Shown here piece by piece: positions 23,451-36,360 of a stretch of 64,000 bases of DNA. Position 1 is the first letter of the stretch; each line of letters starts with the position of its first letter. Origin of the DNA: Lytechinus pictus (Eukaryota); NCBI RefSeq assembly GCF_037042905.1, contig NC_087263.1, positions 8,992,001 to 9,056,000 on the forward strand, written 5' to 3'. The notes under the pieces are model-generated. The model had not been told where the DNA came from, made no database searches, and saw only the letters and a list, made by a program, of their open reading frames with translations. The position numbers and the translations under genes are program-made.

Positions 23451-24364
23451 CATGCCATTTGCGTGCTCGGATAGGGGTGTGCGTGATTTTGCGTGTGCTG
23501 ATATATATTTTGTGGGTGGTTGTATCTGTGTGTGTGTGTATGAGAGAGGGGAATAACTGGTGCAGAGGGGGTTAGAAAGGGGGAGGAAGAAGGAAGGGAG
23601 ATGAGGCTCGTATGTGAGTGACTAGGGTTCAAGTCGTAAGTTAACTGGTCAGGGACTCTTTTGTTAGACCACGCGCTGCTAGCTCGTTGGTTAGACCCAT
23701 AGGCGGTACCATCAAAGGGCAAACACACTGCAAAAGCTCTTGTGTTAATTTAACACCAGCCCAGAATCTATATATATGTCCACACCAGAGAAGTGTTAAA
23801 CAACACCAGTTTCGTTTTGGTCTAATACCAGATAGGTGTTTATACAACGTCAATTAATATTAAAACAGCATCGGTTTGATTCCAAACTGGTGTTGTTTCA
23901 ATACTTTCTGGTGTGGACATATATAGATTCCGGGCTGGTGTTCAATCAACACCGGAGTTTTTGCAGTGCATGATTATTACAGACCCCCATTTACTCACGT
24001 GTTAAATCATAGCTCATCAAAAATCAATCCCTCAATAGATTTCACTTTAATTCTCTGACATTATTCACAATGAATAGTACAGCAAATCTAGATAATTATT
24101 CGGTTACTTGTCCAGCTCAAACAAAAGTTAATGGCCTGAAATAAGACTAACCATAATTTCGGTCAGTTCGCAGCGAGAAAATCCGAAACTGCATTGTGGA
24201 TAATGATTAAAATTAAATAAAAAAATGCAGTCTAGCCTCTAGTTCCAAAGGCCCTAAGTATGAAAGTATGCAAACATCGCATTACTTCTATCATTTATAT
24301 TTTGATATACAAACATTTTTTCGATTTTTGATGAATTATTTTAATCTATAAAGTCATGTGATCA

Positions 24365-25132
24365 AAGGCCCCCATTCCACAGAACGGAGACCATTGAAAG
24401 ACTTAGCATTGGAATTGCTGAGGTCTTACAGCGGTCTTCAAGATCACTGAAATTTGTCATCTTTGTGGAATGGCTCAGAAAGACCCTCAAAGAACTCTGA
24501 AGGACTGATGGATATTTATTGTCTTAGAATAGTCCTATATAGAGATATTTCAATGGTGTTCAGCGGGGGGGAAGGGGGGGGCACGTCCCCCCTAAATTTG
24601 AGGTGGGCAGACGATCCCCCCCCCCCTAAATATTTTGTTGATAACCTTTTTATTTCCTGCGTCCCCCCTAAAATTGTTGGCTTCCGCCGCCAATGTCTTT
24701 CAGAGATCTTTCATGCAACAAGCGATCCTTCAGAATTCTTTCCATGGACTTTGCCCGGTCTTTGATCTTTGAATTTTCTTTCAATGATCTCTTATGAGTC
24801 TTACAGTGATCTCCGCAAAAATCTTGAGAGACTGCCGAAAGATCATTGAAAGACTATTAAGATCATTGAAAGTTCATCGAAAGACCGCTGAAAGACTGCT
24901 GAAAGACCACTGAAAGACCATTTTCCTGTAAGACCGTTGTAAGACTGTTTTGAACCGTTTCAAAAAGTTTTGGAGCGCATGAAGACCACGAAAACCACTG
25001 AAAGATTGGTCACGACTCGTGTAAGACCTCAAAGACCATTGTAGGTTCAAATGAGAGACCTCTGAAAGATCAACCAGAATTCATGGTCTTCAAAGGTCTT
25101 TCAGCGGTCTTGTTCTCTGTGGAATGGGGTTT
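24365..25132. mobile_element. Non-autonomous TIR element with GAAAGACC subterminal repeats
   Basis: CCCCATTCCACAGA...AGACC.TTGAAAGAC / GTCTTTCAGCGGTCT...TCTGTGGAATGGGG; small G/C-run insert near 24550-24695. Confidence 0.7.
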
Positions 25133-25637
25133 TACGCCTGTCCAGAATGCATTGCGCGCGGATAAATAACTCATTTGTGCCCTATAGGTGAGCGCCCCCA
25201 TTGTTTTTCAACGAGTGAAAGCAAAGTCACAAATGGGAATGGAAAAAAGGTAGGAAGTGAAAAAATGATGGAGAAGTATAAAAAGGAGAGGTGTAGGCCG
25301 CGTAACTCTAGTTACTACTGAGATTTTTTCAACCAATCAAAATAAAGGTTGGTTAATTCAATTACGAACCTACCACATGTTGATTTAAAAAAATCACGAA
25401 TCATTTTGCATGTAATTTTACTTTAACCATGGACCTACTACATGTTTTAACCATTAGTAGGTTTATATTCTAACCAACTTGTAGTTTGCTTTAAAAAAGC
25501 CTTTGAGAGAACAAAACCAGTGTAATTGACATAATAGGAGTAAAGGGGGCAACTTTCCTTTTAGGTCGTTCCTCCCCCATCCAATTATCCATAACGTAAT
25601 GACCATTGCCTGCCTAACTCTTTCATGATTTATTTTA

Positions 25638-25700
25638 TCAGCCAATCACGTGCGAGTATGAGAGCCCCGCCTACATCCAAGCGAGGTTGCTAGTCTACCG
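25638..25700 (+). promoter_or_regulatory. Possible promoter/enhancer motif cluster upstream of the membrane-protein gene
   Basis: AGCCAATCACGTG (CCAAT box overlapping an E-box) and CCCCGCC GC-box about 750 bp upstream of the ATG. Motif evidence only. Confidence 0.3.
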
Positions 25701-26413
25701 CTTACAGACTTATTTGGCTGTCCTGATTTAATTTCGACCTTTTCGTTTATTGATACATTTCACAGTATTTGCCTTGTAATCAGTTATCATGATACAGCAA
25801 TCAATGTGAACAAGCGAATCATTGCTCTTTTATACCAGCACTATATCAAATTAAACGAGTAATATTATGGAAATCGGTAGTACTTGAAACTAACGACAGC
25901 GTAGAAGTCTAGCACGAAGCCCAATATTGTAAACACGGCCATGTGCGACAAGGGACACTTTTTTCCTTCTCAAAACTTTCAGCAACAGGGGAGATGTTTT
26001 AAAGTTGGTCAGATTTTTGTTGACTATTCAGCAAACACAACGGCATCGTCTTCGATTATAAGAGGAACATTTCATTCGACACTAGTCTTTCGCAACATAT
26101 TCGAAAATTTCTGGAACTTTCCGACTCAAGCACCCCTGATCATCATCCACTCCTCTTTTTGCAGCCAATTGAGAAAATAGAGAGATAAACACGTTCATAA
26201 ATTTACCATTTTGGTCCGAAATATCTGACTAGAATCCTTCATCAACCACGTGATCACGAAGTCCATTTTAACTTAAAATTTGCCATTTCTTTCAAATTAT
26301 TTTACCTTCGATTTCAAAGGCCAGCCAATTACAGAAATATTTCGATAGGAAATTCACGAAATAGCAAACTTGGCATATAACTCTAATCGTCGGAAACATT
26401 AACTGAAAATAAA

Positions 26414-26489
26414 ATGGCAAATATGATTGTGAAGTCAATAAATATTGGGATCGTCTTCGTCGGAATCTTCGCTGCATGTTCATCAGCGG
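26414..26489 (+). CDS. Small type I membrane protein, exon 1 (signal-peptide-like MANMIVKSINIGIVFVGIFAACSSA)
   Basis: AAAATGG start context, hydrophobic core ending S-S-A, donor G|GTAAGT in phase 1. Confidence 0.7.
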
Positions 26490-28619
26490 GTAAGTGAATG
26501 GAATAAGTCTCTTTCCTCCTTTGTTCTGGAATTTGTTAACTTGTTTATTTATTCATTCATTTATTCATGCATTCTTGCATTCTTTTGTTCATTCATCGTC
26601 ATTGATTGTTTCATTTATACCTAATTTGGGGTTATTTTATGTGGATCTACACTGCATTTGGTATTTCTTTAACCAAACAAACATTCATGTTACCAAATGA
26701 TTTATGAAGCATTTTTATGCCGCATGCTATCTCTTTATCTTGCCAGGACGTATTATCATCAGACCCTTCATTATCGCGCTTAGCAGTGATATTAAATAAC
26801 CAACAAAGCGTTAGAAACAAAAAACTTAAATCAACATTTCCACTGCATGGATATCACGTAGCTGGCAGTATTGAATTCCGAAAATGTGAACATTTTCTCA
26901 TCATGATAGGAAAGTCAATTGATCCATGTTGTTCGAATGCGGCGGATAATAAGAAGCTTACCAAAGAATTCAGATACTTTAGGTGTCGATTGCGTACTTT
27001 GATAATTAATGGGGTTAAATTTCTTTATTTTTAACAAAACTAATGAAACGAAAAGAAGTCTGGTTCTAGATTTCTTGATTCAACAGTGATAAGTATAATG
27101 TCTAGATGGTTTAATATATTCTCCCGGTTTGTTTCAGATTTCGGGAGCATTTGGCTTGCACCACCCCCCCCCCCCCCCCACTGGCTTACAGATGGAGGGG
27201 TTGGGACCCCCCAAAAAAAATTAAATTAAAAAATAAATGAATAATGATAATAATAATAATAATAATAATATAAATAAAATAATATAAAAATAATAATAAT
27301 AAATATAAATAAAATAATAATAATGATGATGATGATGATAATAGTAATAATACTGGTAATAATAATGATATCAAAAATAACAAAAATAATCATGAAATAG
27401 AATAAGATGAAAAAAATAAAAAGAAACTAACATATCACAACCAAGCAAAAAAGGGAGAAAATGAAAGAAAATAGTGAAATATTATATTCATATCAAAGGG
27501 TGAAGATCTCAAACCTAAAAATAATTTATGAATGATACTGGTAGATGCAATTGGTTTATATGAGTACGTTATGATATAGATATCAACCGCAAATTAATTT
27601 TGCAAAAGACATCTTCTAAAACTTGACTGATGGTGAGATATATTAATAATTACCAAAAGCTTAGATATATATTAATAAAAGGGATTTTGGTTAATATAGG
27701 TACGGACTCAAACTTCGATTCGATATTATAACAAAACAAAAAAATGTACGTATAATACCCAGAGATTTGTTAGAAATGAATAAGTAGATGAACAATTGTA
27801 AAAAGATGCATATTTATGAAAAAATAGATAGATAAATAAATAAATAGGTGAATAAATAAATAAATGGAGAGGTTTGTGAACAAATGAATGAAATCGATTG
27901 TACAATTGTTTAATAAATACATATCAAAATAAATAAAAACAAATTTGTGATCATTCGAGAATATTTGAATTTTGTTGACTATGTTACTGCAGTAGTGACT
28001 GGTTCATTTCCATTTGTACTGTCATCTTTTCGACTTTGTAGTTTCATTCGAGTAACATCATTATTCCAGGCGAGCACATATGGAAATTAATTGAACTAAG
28101 TTTATTACTATACTTTAGCACGTAGTGAGACAAATTTCGACTTGGAAAAAAGTCTGCCTCCATATTGATTTCACGTCTCGAAAGGCGGGACGGAAATTGG
28201 GCTCTTTCGAAGTTTGATAAAGGAAGCTCTGTCATTATAGTGATGACAGCAAACTTGGCATTTTGCCTCTTAAAAAATCTAGAAGGAACATTAGCTTCTT
28301 GGCTTGTGTTAGAAACCAGGGATTCTCCGACCAAAGATCATATCATGCTGCTCATATTCCCCGGATTTATTAGACTTTTTATTTCAATTATCATTTTTTA
28401 ATATTATTTTTTTGGTTTTGTTTTCACTAGTTACTTTCGTTTAGCGTTATTTTTTCAATCGTGTGCTTCTGTTTCTAATCTTTTTTTTTTTATTCTCGTA
28501 ATGCGCCTTTTCTGCATGTCATAATACTATTATCGTATTATGGTAGCCATTATAATATGTCCTTACTTTTTGAAGAACGATAAGTTTAATATCAATCCAT
28601 CTCTTTCTCTTGTGTTTCT

Positions 28620-28940
28620 TGTTATTTTTTTTTTCATTCTTGTTCTTCTTATCCTCTTTCTTCAGCGTCTACTTCATCATCATCATCATTTTCTTCTTCT
28701 TTTTCTTCTTCTTCCTCTCCTAAATCTTCTCCTTCTTCTTCTTCTACTTCTTCTTCTTTTTCTTCTTTTTCTTCTCCTTTTTCTCCTTCTTCTTCTTCTT
28801 CTTCTCTTCTTCTACTTCTTCTTCTTCATCTACTTCTTCTTCTTCTTTTTCTTCTTCTTTTTCTTTTCTTCTTCTTCTACTCCTTCTTCTTCTTCTTCTT
28901 CATCTTCTTTTTCTTCTTCTTCTTCTCCTTCTTTTCCCAT
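28620..28940. repeat. (TTC)n low-complexity tract
   Basis: Direct observation. Confidence 0.95.
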
Positions 28941-30399
28941 TTTATTTCTTCTTTGTCATTAGATCTATATGTTGATATACTGTATCATCCCCCACTTTCC
29001 TGCTCAATGTTATTACATTCTGGCAAGGTTAGTAAACGTCACATATCAAACAACTAAATTCCATAATAGCTTGCTAATAGGCATAACGCAGTTATGTGGT
29101 GGATGGACAGATGCCAACTGGAAAAGAAATTATGCATATCCTCTTCAATAATTTCGTAACAGATAGCAATTCTTAAAGATAATGTTACAATACAGAAAAA
29201 TTTCTCTACAAACAACGAAAAGGTAAAATTTCACATTCATTATTGATAATAACGATGATAATAAATCATTCTTGTAAAGAGCATATTAAAAAGTAGAGAA
29301 AAACTTAAACATCATACATAAGAAAAACAACGTCAACAAAATTAATGTATACAATCATCATGTGATTTTACAAATGTAACTAAATATGTTGTGAGAGATT
29401 CTTATAAGAGATAGAATATTACCTAAAAATCTGATTAATTATACCCTTTTTTTTGTCTCTCAAATATCCCGATCTTCGCACAAGGTCGATCAAGAACATA
29501 CCCCCCCCCCCTGTTTTCTTTTTTAAATTTGAATTGAAAAGAAGACGCTGCATAATTACATTTTAACAGACTGACGTTCTGTTGGGGTTGCGGGGTGCCA
29601 CCCCCGGCTCCCAACTTTTCACAAGTTGTATATTTGTTTGATTATTGTTTCGTATTTTTCAACATCATAACTTCCTTTAACATCTGACCGATTCGACTTT
29701 TCACGTTATAAATCTGTCCTACTAATCGATTGATTATTTTTGCTAGAAATGTCGATCGTTTTGCTCTCCTGCAATTTTTTCAAAGCGATGCGCTTCATCG
29801 AAATCAGCTGGGGTCAACGCTCTCAATTTCTGCCTCATTACGACACTGTTCTTTGTTGTTGTTGTTGTTGTTGTAGATTATGCACCAAATTTCGTTGAAA
29901 ATATTCTCTATTGCACTTCGAAAATTACAAATATAAACATAAATTGAAAACAAACTTAGGACTAGTTTTAAATTGTGATTTTTTTTTTTTTTTTGTTAGC
30001 TGCAGCAACAAAAATTTAAATTTCTGGTTAGGATATGACAGAAAGTTCCTCAACATCGTGGTTAGCTTTCAAAGGAACATGTGAACCTATTATGGATAAA
30101 TAAATGAAAAGAATAAACATAAAATATTTGGAGATTCTGAGTTTGAAAAACAGGAAATATGACTCCACATACCCGAACTGTTAGCGGTACTGCTACCATG
30201 GCAACGAAAGGCGAGCGACCAGCAACTTGGACGCCTCTACGTGCCTTTTCAGTGGCTGCATGTGTCTGTTGTAGGGGCGGGGCTTGCCACTTTCCCGTAT
30301 AATACAGAGACGATTCTCTTGGGGCTATGATGACTAACATGCTTTGATCCGAATAAGGGCAATATGAGAATGTAAACACAGGTGAACCTTGGGGGAAAT

Positions 30400-33300
30400 T
30401 CCAGACTATTCTATTCGATCTTCATCATTCCATATATTGCAGATCCACTTGCTTACATCTTCTATGTCTTTAATTCACGGACAAGTCCCCAATTCCATGA
30501 AAATTGCTAAAGTCATTCCAACTTTTAAGAAAGGCGATAAATCAAACATTAACAACTATCGGCCAATATCCCTCTTACCGTATTTTGGTAAAATTTTGGA
30601 AAAAATAATATACAGTGCGTCCCACAAAAAACGAAACCGAGATTTATCGATGATTTAACATAACTTAATCACAAATACAATAGACAAATGACCTACCATT
30701 GTAAAGCTTAGAATCTCCTCTTTCATCTGATATTACTTAGATTATTCCTCATTCACGCATGAGTGAGCAAAAACTATTTGAAGAAAGGATACCAAAAACT
30801 CATTTGGCGGGGGGTATCTGAATTTTAAAAAGAAAATCACATGCCTAAAAAGTTCAATATCTGCTCTTTAATTTGATACCTTAATCACAAAAAATGGTCA
30901 AGAAGTAAAAAAGTTACGTTCCCTCGAAACAATGCTTGTATTTCCATAATTTCATTAAATAAACGTTTTTTCACCGGTTTCCCACAGAAGCTATCGCATG
31001 GTTAACAAAAGACTTCATGCATGGCTGATCGTCAGCAAAACGGAGTGTTGAGTGAGTTTGAACGCTAGCCTGTAAAACCTCTTCATTTTATGAAATTATT
31101 GAAATTCAGGCCTTATTTCAAATAACCAGAACTTTCTTATTTCTTGACCATTTTCTTTCATTGAGGTATCAAATTAAAAAGCAGATATTGAACTTTTTAG
31201 AAATGTGGTTTTCTTTTTGAAACCCAGATACAGCCCGCCAAATGACTTTTTGGTATCCCCTCTTCAAATTGTTTTTGCTCACTCATGCGTGAATGTGAAA
31301 TAATCTAAGTAATTTCAGATGAAAGAGGAGATTCTAAGCTTTACAATGGTAGGTCATTTGTCTATTGTATTTGTGATTAAGTTATGATAAATCATCGATA
31401 AATCTCGGTTTCGTTTTTTGTGGGACGCACTGTATAGCAGAACAATCAAATTTTGTTGTGATAATAACATTTTCTCTTATTTCCAATTTGGTTTTAGAGA
31501 AAAGCATAGTACAGTTCATGCATTATTATCTTTTGTTGAAAAAGTTACTCATGCAGTTGATCAGTCCTCACATATGGTTGGTGTTTTCCTAGACTTCTCC
31601 AAGGCCTTCGACACAATAAACCACGACATTCTACTTCATAAACTTTCGCATTATGGTATACGTGGGAAGGCCTTGGATTGGTTCAGGAACTACCTTTCCA
31701 ACAGAAAACAATTTGTTTCTTTTAATGATTACCCCTCAAATATGTGCAATATTAGCTGTGATGTGCCGCAAGGAAGTATCCTGGGACCGCTCCTCTTTAT
31801 TTTGTATATAAATGACTTTAGCAGAGCATCCAGTATTCTATCTTTCATTATTTTTGCTGATGACACAAATTTATTTTTTCTCACAAGAATCCGCTTACCC
31901 TTGCTGAAATAATAAACTGTGAATTAACTAAAGTTTTGAGTTGGATTAGAGCAAACAAATTATCAATCAATCTTCTAAAAACCAAATACATGTTATTCAG
32001 TAATACTATAGATTCGTTGCCTCTTGATATTTGTATTGAAGATATTCAGCTGGAAAGTGTCCCGTCAATCAAATTCTTGGGTGTCCAAGAACAAACTCTC
32101 CTGGAAATGTCACATTGACAATATTTGCAAAACCATCTCTCGTAATATAGGCATCATAAATAGGTTAAAAACATTCATTCCTGTTACCTCTCTACTGACT
32201 CTATATTCTTCTCTTATATTACCATATCTCAACTATGGAATCCTGGTTTGGGGTAATACACACCAAAATTTACTAAACAGAATATTACTACTACAAAAGA
32301 AAGCTCTTCGTATTATTTCATTTTCACATCCCCGTTCTCACACTGATCCGCTATTCCTCGAATATAATTTGTTTAAAATACAAGACTTGTACTTATTTCA
32401 ACTTGGACAGTTTATGTACAACTATAAAAACGACATGGTTCCCTCCGTATTCCACGATATGTTTCTTCAAAATAATAGTTATCATACATATCCTACCAGA
32501 CATGGCGATCACATTCATTTGCCAATGCTAAGAACTATTTTTGCTCAAAGTACTTTCATTTTTACAGCCCCCAAATTTTGGAACTCTCTCCACAAAGATA
32601 TTCAACAGGCCCCCTCCATCAACTCCTTCAAGAGAAAATTAAAAGTATTTTTGTTACTGTCTTACAAACGAAGTTGATTTGTTTGTAGGTCCTGAATATC
32701 TTGTATCTCACACTAAATTTTCCTTATCATGACCATGTATGTAGCGCTCTCGTTGAACTTTGTTATCTCTCTCCCCCTCTCTCTCTCTCTATCGGTCAGC
32801 CTAATTCTTCTCTCTCTCCTCCATCCTCTAATATGTCACTGTATTTTTTTCTTTGTTTCGTGTGTCTGTGTGTGTGTCTTTGATAATGCATGTCGTCCAG
32901 TACTTCTGTCACCTTATTTCAATTTTGCTATCATTTCCTTTTTTTCTCTGAAATAGTTTTCCTATTATATTTATCACATTTTACTTTCCCATTTTATGAT
33001 ATTGTATATTTGTACAATCGAATGAATTTCCACATTTAGTTAATATTCATTACTGTGCCTTTTCTCAATTGCTTAATATAAATTATTTATTCAACTCGCT
33101 ATAGGGGATCCACGCTCTACAAGCAATGCTTTTTAGTGGATCCCTCATTTCCATACTCGTTTTTTTACTGTTTATACAAGCTTTTGTTATATAGTTATGC
33201 TAAGGTAAAATTGTTTTTGTACTCGTACTTTGGGTGGTATCTATATTTGATTTATATTTGTCATGGAAATTAAATAAACTTCTTAAACTTCTTCTTGAAT
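30400..33300 (+). mobile_element. 5'-truncated CR1/L2-group LINE (RT remnant plus 3' UTR), intronic
   Basis: KIAKVIPTFKKGD..NYRPISLLP, QFGFR..HST, FLDFSKAFDTINH, VPQGSILGPLLF.LYIND, FADDT, with frameshifts. 3' stem-loop GGGGATCCAC...GTGGATCCCTC and AATAAA tail. Confidence 0.95.
30613..31432. mobile_element. 820-bp Tc1/mariner-type MITE with about 300-bp TIRs, inserted in the LINE RT
   Basis: TA|CAGTGCGTCCC...GGGACGCACTG|TA. Removing it restores KIIYSRTIK. Second copy at 53322-54141. Confidence 0.95.
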
Positions 33301-33636
33301 TTTAGCCGAGTGATGTCCCTTATTGCGTCGGTTTTCGTTCGAACTTCGTGACAAACGTATACCCGCGACGTTTTAACATTACATAATGATGATGATAAAA
33401 TATGTATGTTATTATTATTGTCAATGTCCTTGCTTAATGATTATCCCCTTTTTTTGAAATATTCGTTTGGGGTTTTATCATCTTTATATAAATGTACGTT
33501 TATACACTAATGTTCCTACTCCCTCTAGGTATTGTCTTCCGATACGGATCCCCGTTAATTATTTTTTATTATTAATTTAATTTTCGTCTAGCCAGGAACT
33601 TCACTGCTTTTTTTTTCTTTTTTTTCATATTTACAG

Positions 33637-33717
33637 CTGGAGGAAAAACGCAGACTAAACTAAATGGTGTTTACGAAGGAAAATTCGACAGACCGGTTCC
33701 TACAATGGCAGTAACAA
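33637..33717 (+). CDS. Small membrane protein, exon 2
   Basis: Poly-T tract + ACAG| acceptor, 81 nt, phase 1-1, A|GTAAGC donor; AGGKTQTKLNGVYEGKFDRPVPTMAVT. Confidence 0.75.
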
Positions 33718-34443
33718 GTAAGCAACGTTCTTATCAGCAAAATTAAGTAGACATTATGGATGAGGTCATAATCTTGTAGCGCCCTCCCTCAGAGGATATA
33801 GGAATACGCGTAAACTGAGTTGTCAGAGATGTGCCAGCTGTAGATCACCAACGCATGCAAGGCAATGGCTTCAGCCTCTAAGATGGCGACGTAATGAAGT
33901 CAAGGTCCATTGCACAAGTTTCAGTTCCATGTCATTTTGAATGCCATTCGGCAGTATTATCAACATGATTTTTAAAATATTTAATTTGCACTTCTAGTAG
34001 TTTCAAAAGTATAAAAATGTACAGGCCTAAATAGCATAATCAAATTGCAAATATATATAATATGTTAAGTTAGTACAAGGGAATGAAGTAAATTAAGGCT
34101 TTACCTAATACTTTTTCACCGAACCATGTATTTAGTATGTTTCTTTCTTGGTGGGGTCATGACATAGACATTATGTGAACCTGAAAGTTCAAAATACTTT
34201 TTTTTCTTATTGCAATTGAATGTTGCTAAAAAAGATGAACTGTTACGTTAATAAATTCAATTCAATCCTTGTGGCTATGGCGGGTTCCAAAAACTTTTGG
34301 AGTTTTTTTAATACTACTTTTTTAATGGTTTTGTTTTATCACTATTAATCTTCTTTCACCATGACTTGTGTCATTGTGAAATATTGAAAATCTCATAGGA
34401 ATAGCTAGATTTGACACTTTTTTCAATTTCCTTTTTCTTTCAG

Positions 34444-34509
34444 CAACACCTGTCACAACCACGCCACCGGTGGGGACAGCAGCCGTCGGACAAATATTTT
34501 CATTTGATA
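34444..34509 (+). CDS. Small membrane protein, exon 3 (Thr/Pro-rich)
   Basis: TTTTCTTTCAG| acceptor, 66 nt, phase 1-1, A|GTAAGA donor; TTPVTTTPPVGTAAVGQIFSFD. Confidence 0.75.
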
Positions 34510-36133
34510 GTAAGAATTCCTTTTCTTTTTACCCCCAATAAAATTCAAAATTCTTTTTTTTTCATTTTGACAGACAAGTCAGAAGTGGTGTACATGTTTT
34601 TATTCTCTCTCTTTCTCCCTCTCTCCCTTTCTCATTCTCTCTGTCCGTCTATCTATATATCTATTTATCTATCTATCTAGGCCTACACTGCAAAAACTCC
34701 AGTGTTGATTTAACACCAGCCTGGAATCTATATATGTCCACTCCAGAGAGGTGTGAAACAACACCAGTTTGGTTTTGTTCTAACACCAGGTGTTTATACA
34801 ACACCAATTAGTATTAAAACAGCATCGGTTGGATTCCAAAGTAGTGCTGTTTCAATACTTCTCTGGTGTGGACATATAGATTCCGGCCTGGTGTTAAATC
34901 AACACCAGAGTTTTTGCAGTGTATCCCCCCTCCCTCCCCACACTCTCTCTCCCTTCTCTAAATCTTTCCGTCTCTCCATCCCTCCTTCATTTTCCCCTTC
35001 TGAATGCCGATATATTTTCTTTTATTTTTCTTCATTATTTTTCGTCGTTCTCTAAAAATAACTACGAAATTATTGTAAAAGCAATTTTGTATGTCTATAC
35101 CGATGTTTTGCGGTCCATATTGCAGATAACAATCCTGGTAGCAATACTTGATTACAATATTCATCAACTGTGGCTATAAATCTTCTTTTTTTTTTAATGT
35201 GGCCACAATGTGAAGACAATAAATAAATTTGCAAAATGAAAACTGGCTTAAAATTAAATCTGTTGGAAAGGTTAAAATGTATTAAAACTGTTTATCCATA
35301 CTCGCAGATCCAGGAATGTCCAGGGGGCACTTCTGCCCCGCCCAAAAAATAATATAAAAAAAATGAAAGGCAAAATCATAGCTATCACCACCCTCGGGAA
35401 GCACTTTTTAGTTTATTTTCTCAAGTTAGTTCTATTTTCAGTGTCAAATATGTACAGAATATCAACTAGTCAAAGAACCCCCCCCCCCACATCCCCTGGA
35501 TCTGTGTCTGAGGTCATGCAATAATCTTTCTCTCCCTAATATTTCATAATAAATGAATAAAGTAAATGGAGGATATAAGGCGATGTCCATTTTAAAAATG
35601 CCTTGTATCACCCCCCCCCCCCCCCCAGATAAATGTTAATTCTTATTTACATATACTCACTGATGAATACAACATATTTTCAAAAATATTTAGTCGGTAT
35701 TTTTATCCGTATTATTTATTTTGTAATTATCTGTGTTACTGTTTAAATATTTTTTTTGTCATTATTACCTTGTAATACATCGCAATTCGGCCTTAGCCGC
35801 GATGATGTCTTGATTTTTATTAATAAACCATTTATCGGAATGCAGTCTGAATGACTGAAATTATTTCATGGAAGTTAGGCCTATAAACATATAAACATTC
35901 TGCTATCGCAAGAGATACCGTCATTTTTTTAATGCTTTAAGTTACATATAATAGTAGGAGTCTTACTGTTGCCTTTTCATTTCATCAATCGTGTCCATCG
36001 CGTACAAACTGTTACTTTATCTTGTTTCTGATGTACTTTTGGCCGTTGTTTATTGTTTGTAATTTTTCATATCCCTCATAAATAGTCTCAACTATTTCAT
36101 CAATTACATCATCTGTTCTTGAACAACTTACAG

Positions 36134-36360
36134 AAGACGCATCTCCTGCCACTATATTCGGTCACGTGCTTATTCCTTGCGTCCTATTCGCCGTGCTTGC
36201 TGTGACGTTGTACGGAGGTCTCCGCGGCACGCAATATCTCTTCAGTGGAATGAAACAAAAAATCCAAGCACGGCGCCACCAACCGTCCTACAAAGACATG
36301 AGAGGGACCACCGATGATGACCACGCCGTTGTCATGGAAACAGAAGGAATGGTTGTGTGA
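36134..36360 (+). CDS. Small membrane protein, exon 4 (TM helix + cytoplasmic tail)
   Basis: TTACAG| acceptor in phase 1, in frame with ORF 36166; hydrophobic VLIPCVLFAVLAVTLYGGL then a basic segment; ends EGMVV*. Confidence 0.8.

Noticed and set aside
28540..28962. 140-aa hydrophobic ORF
   Set aside because: Translation of a (TTC)n tract.
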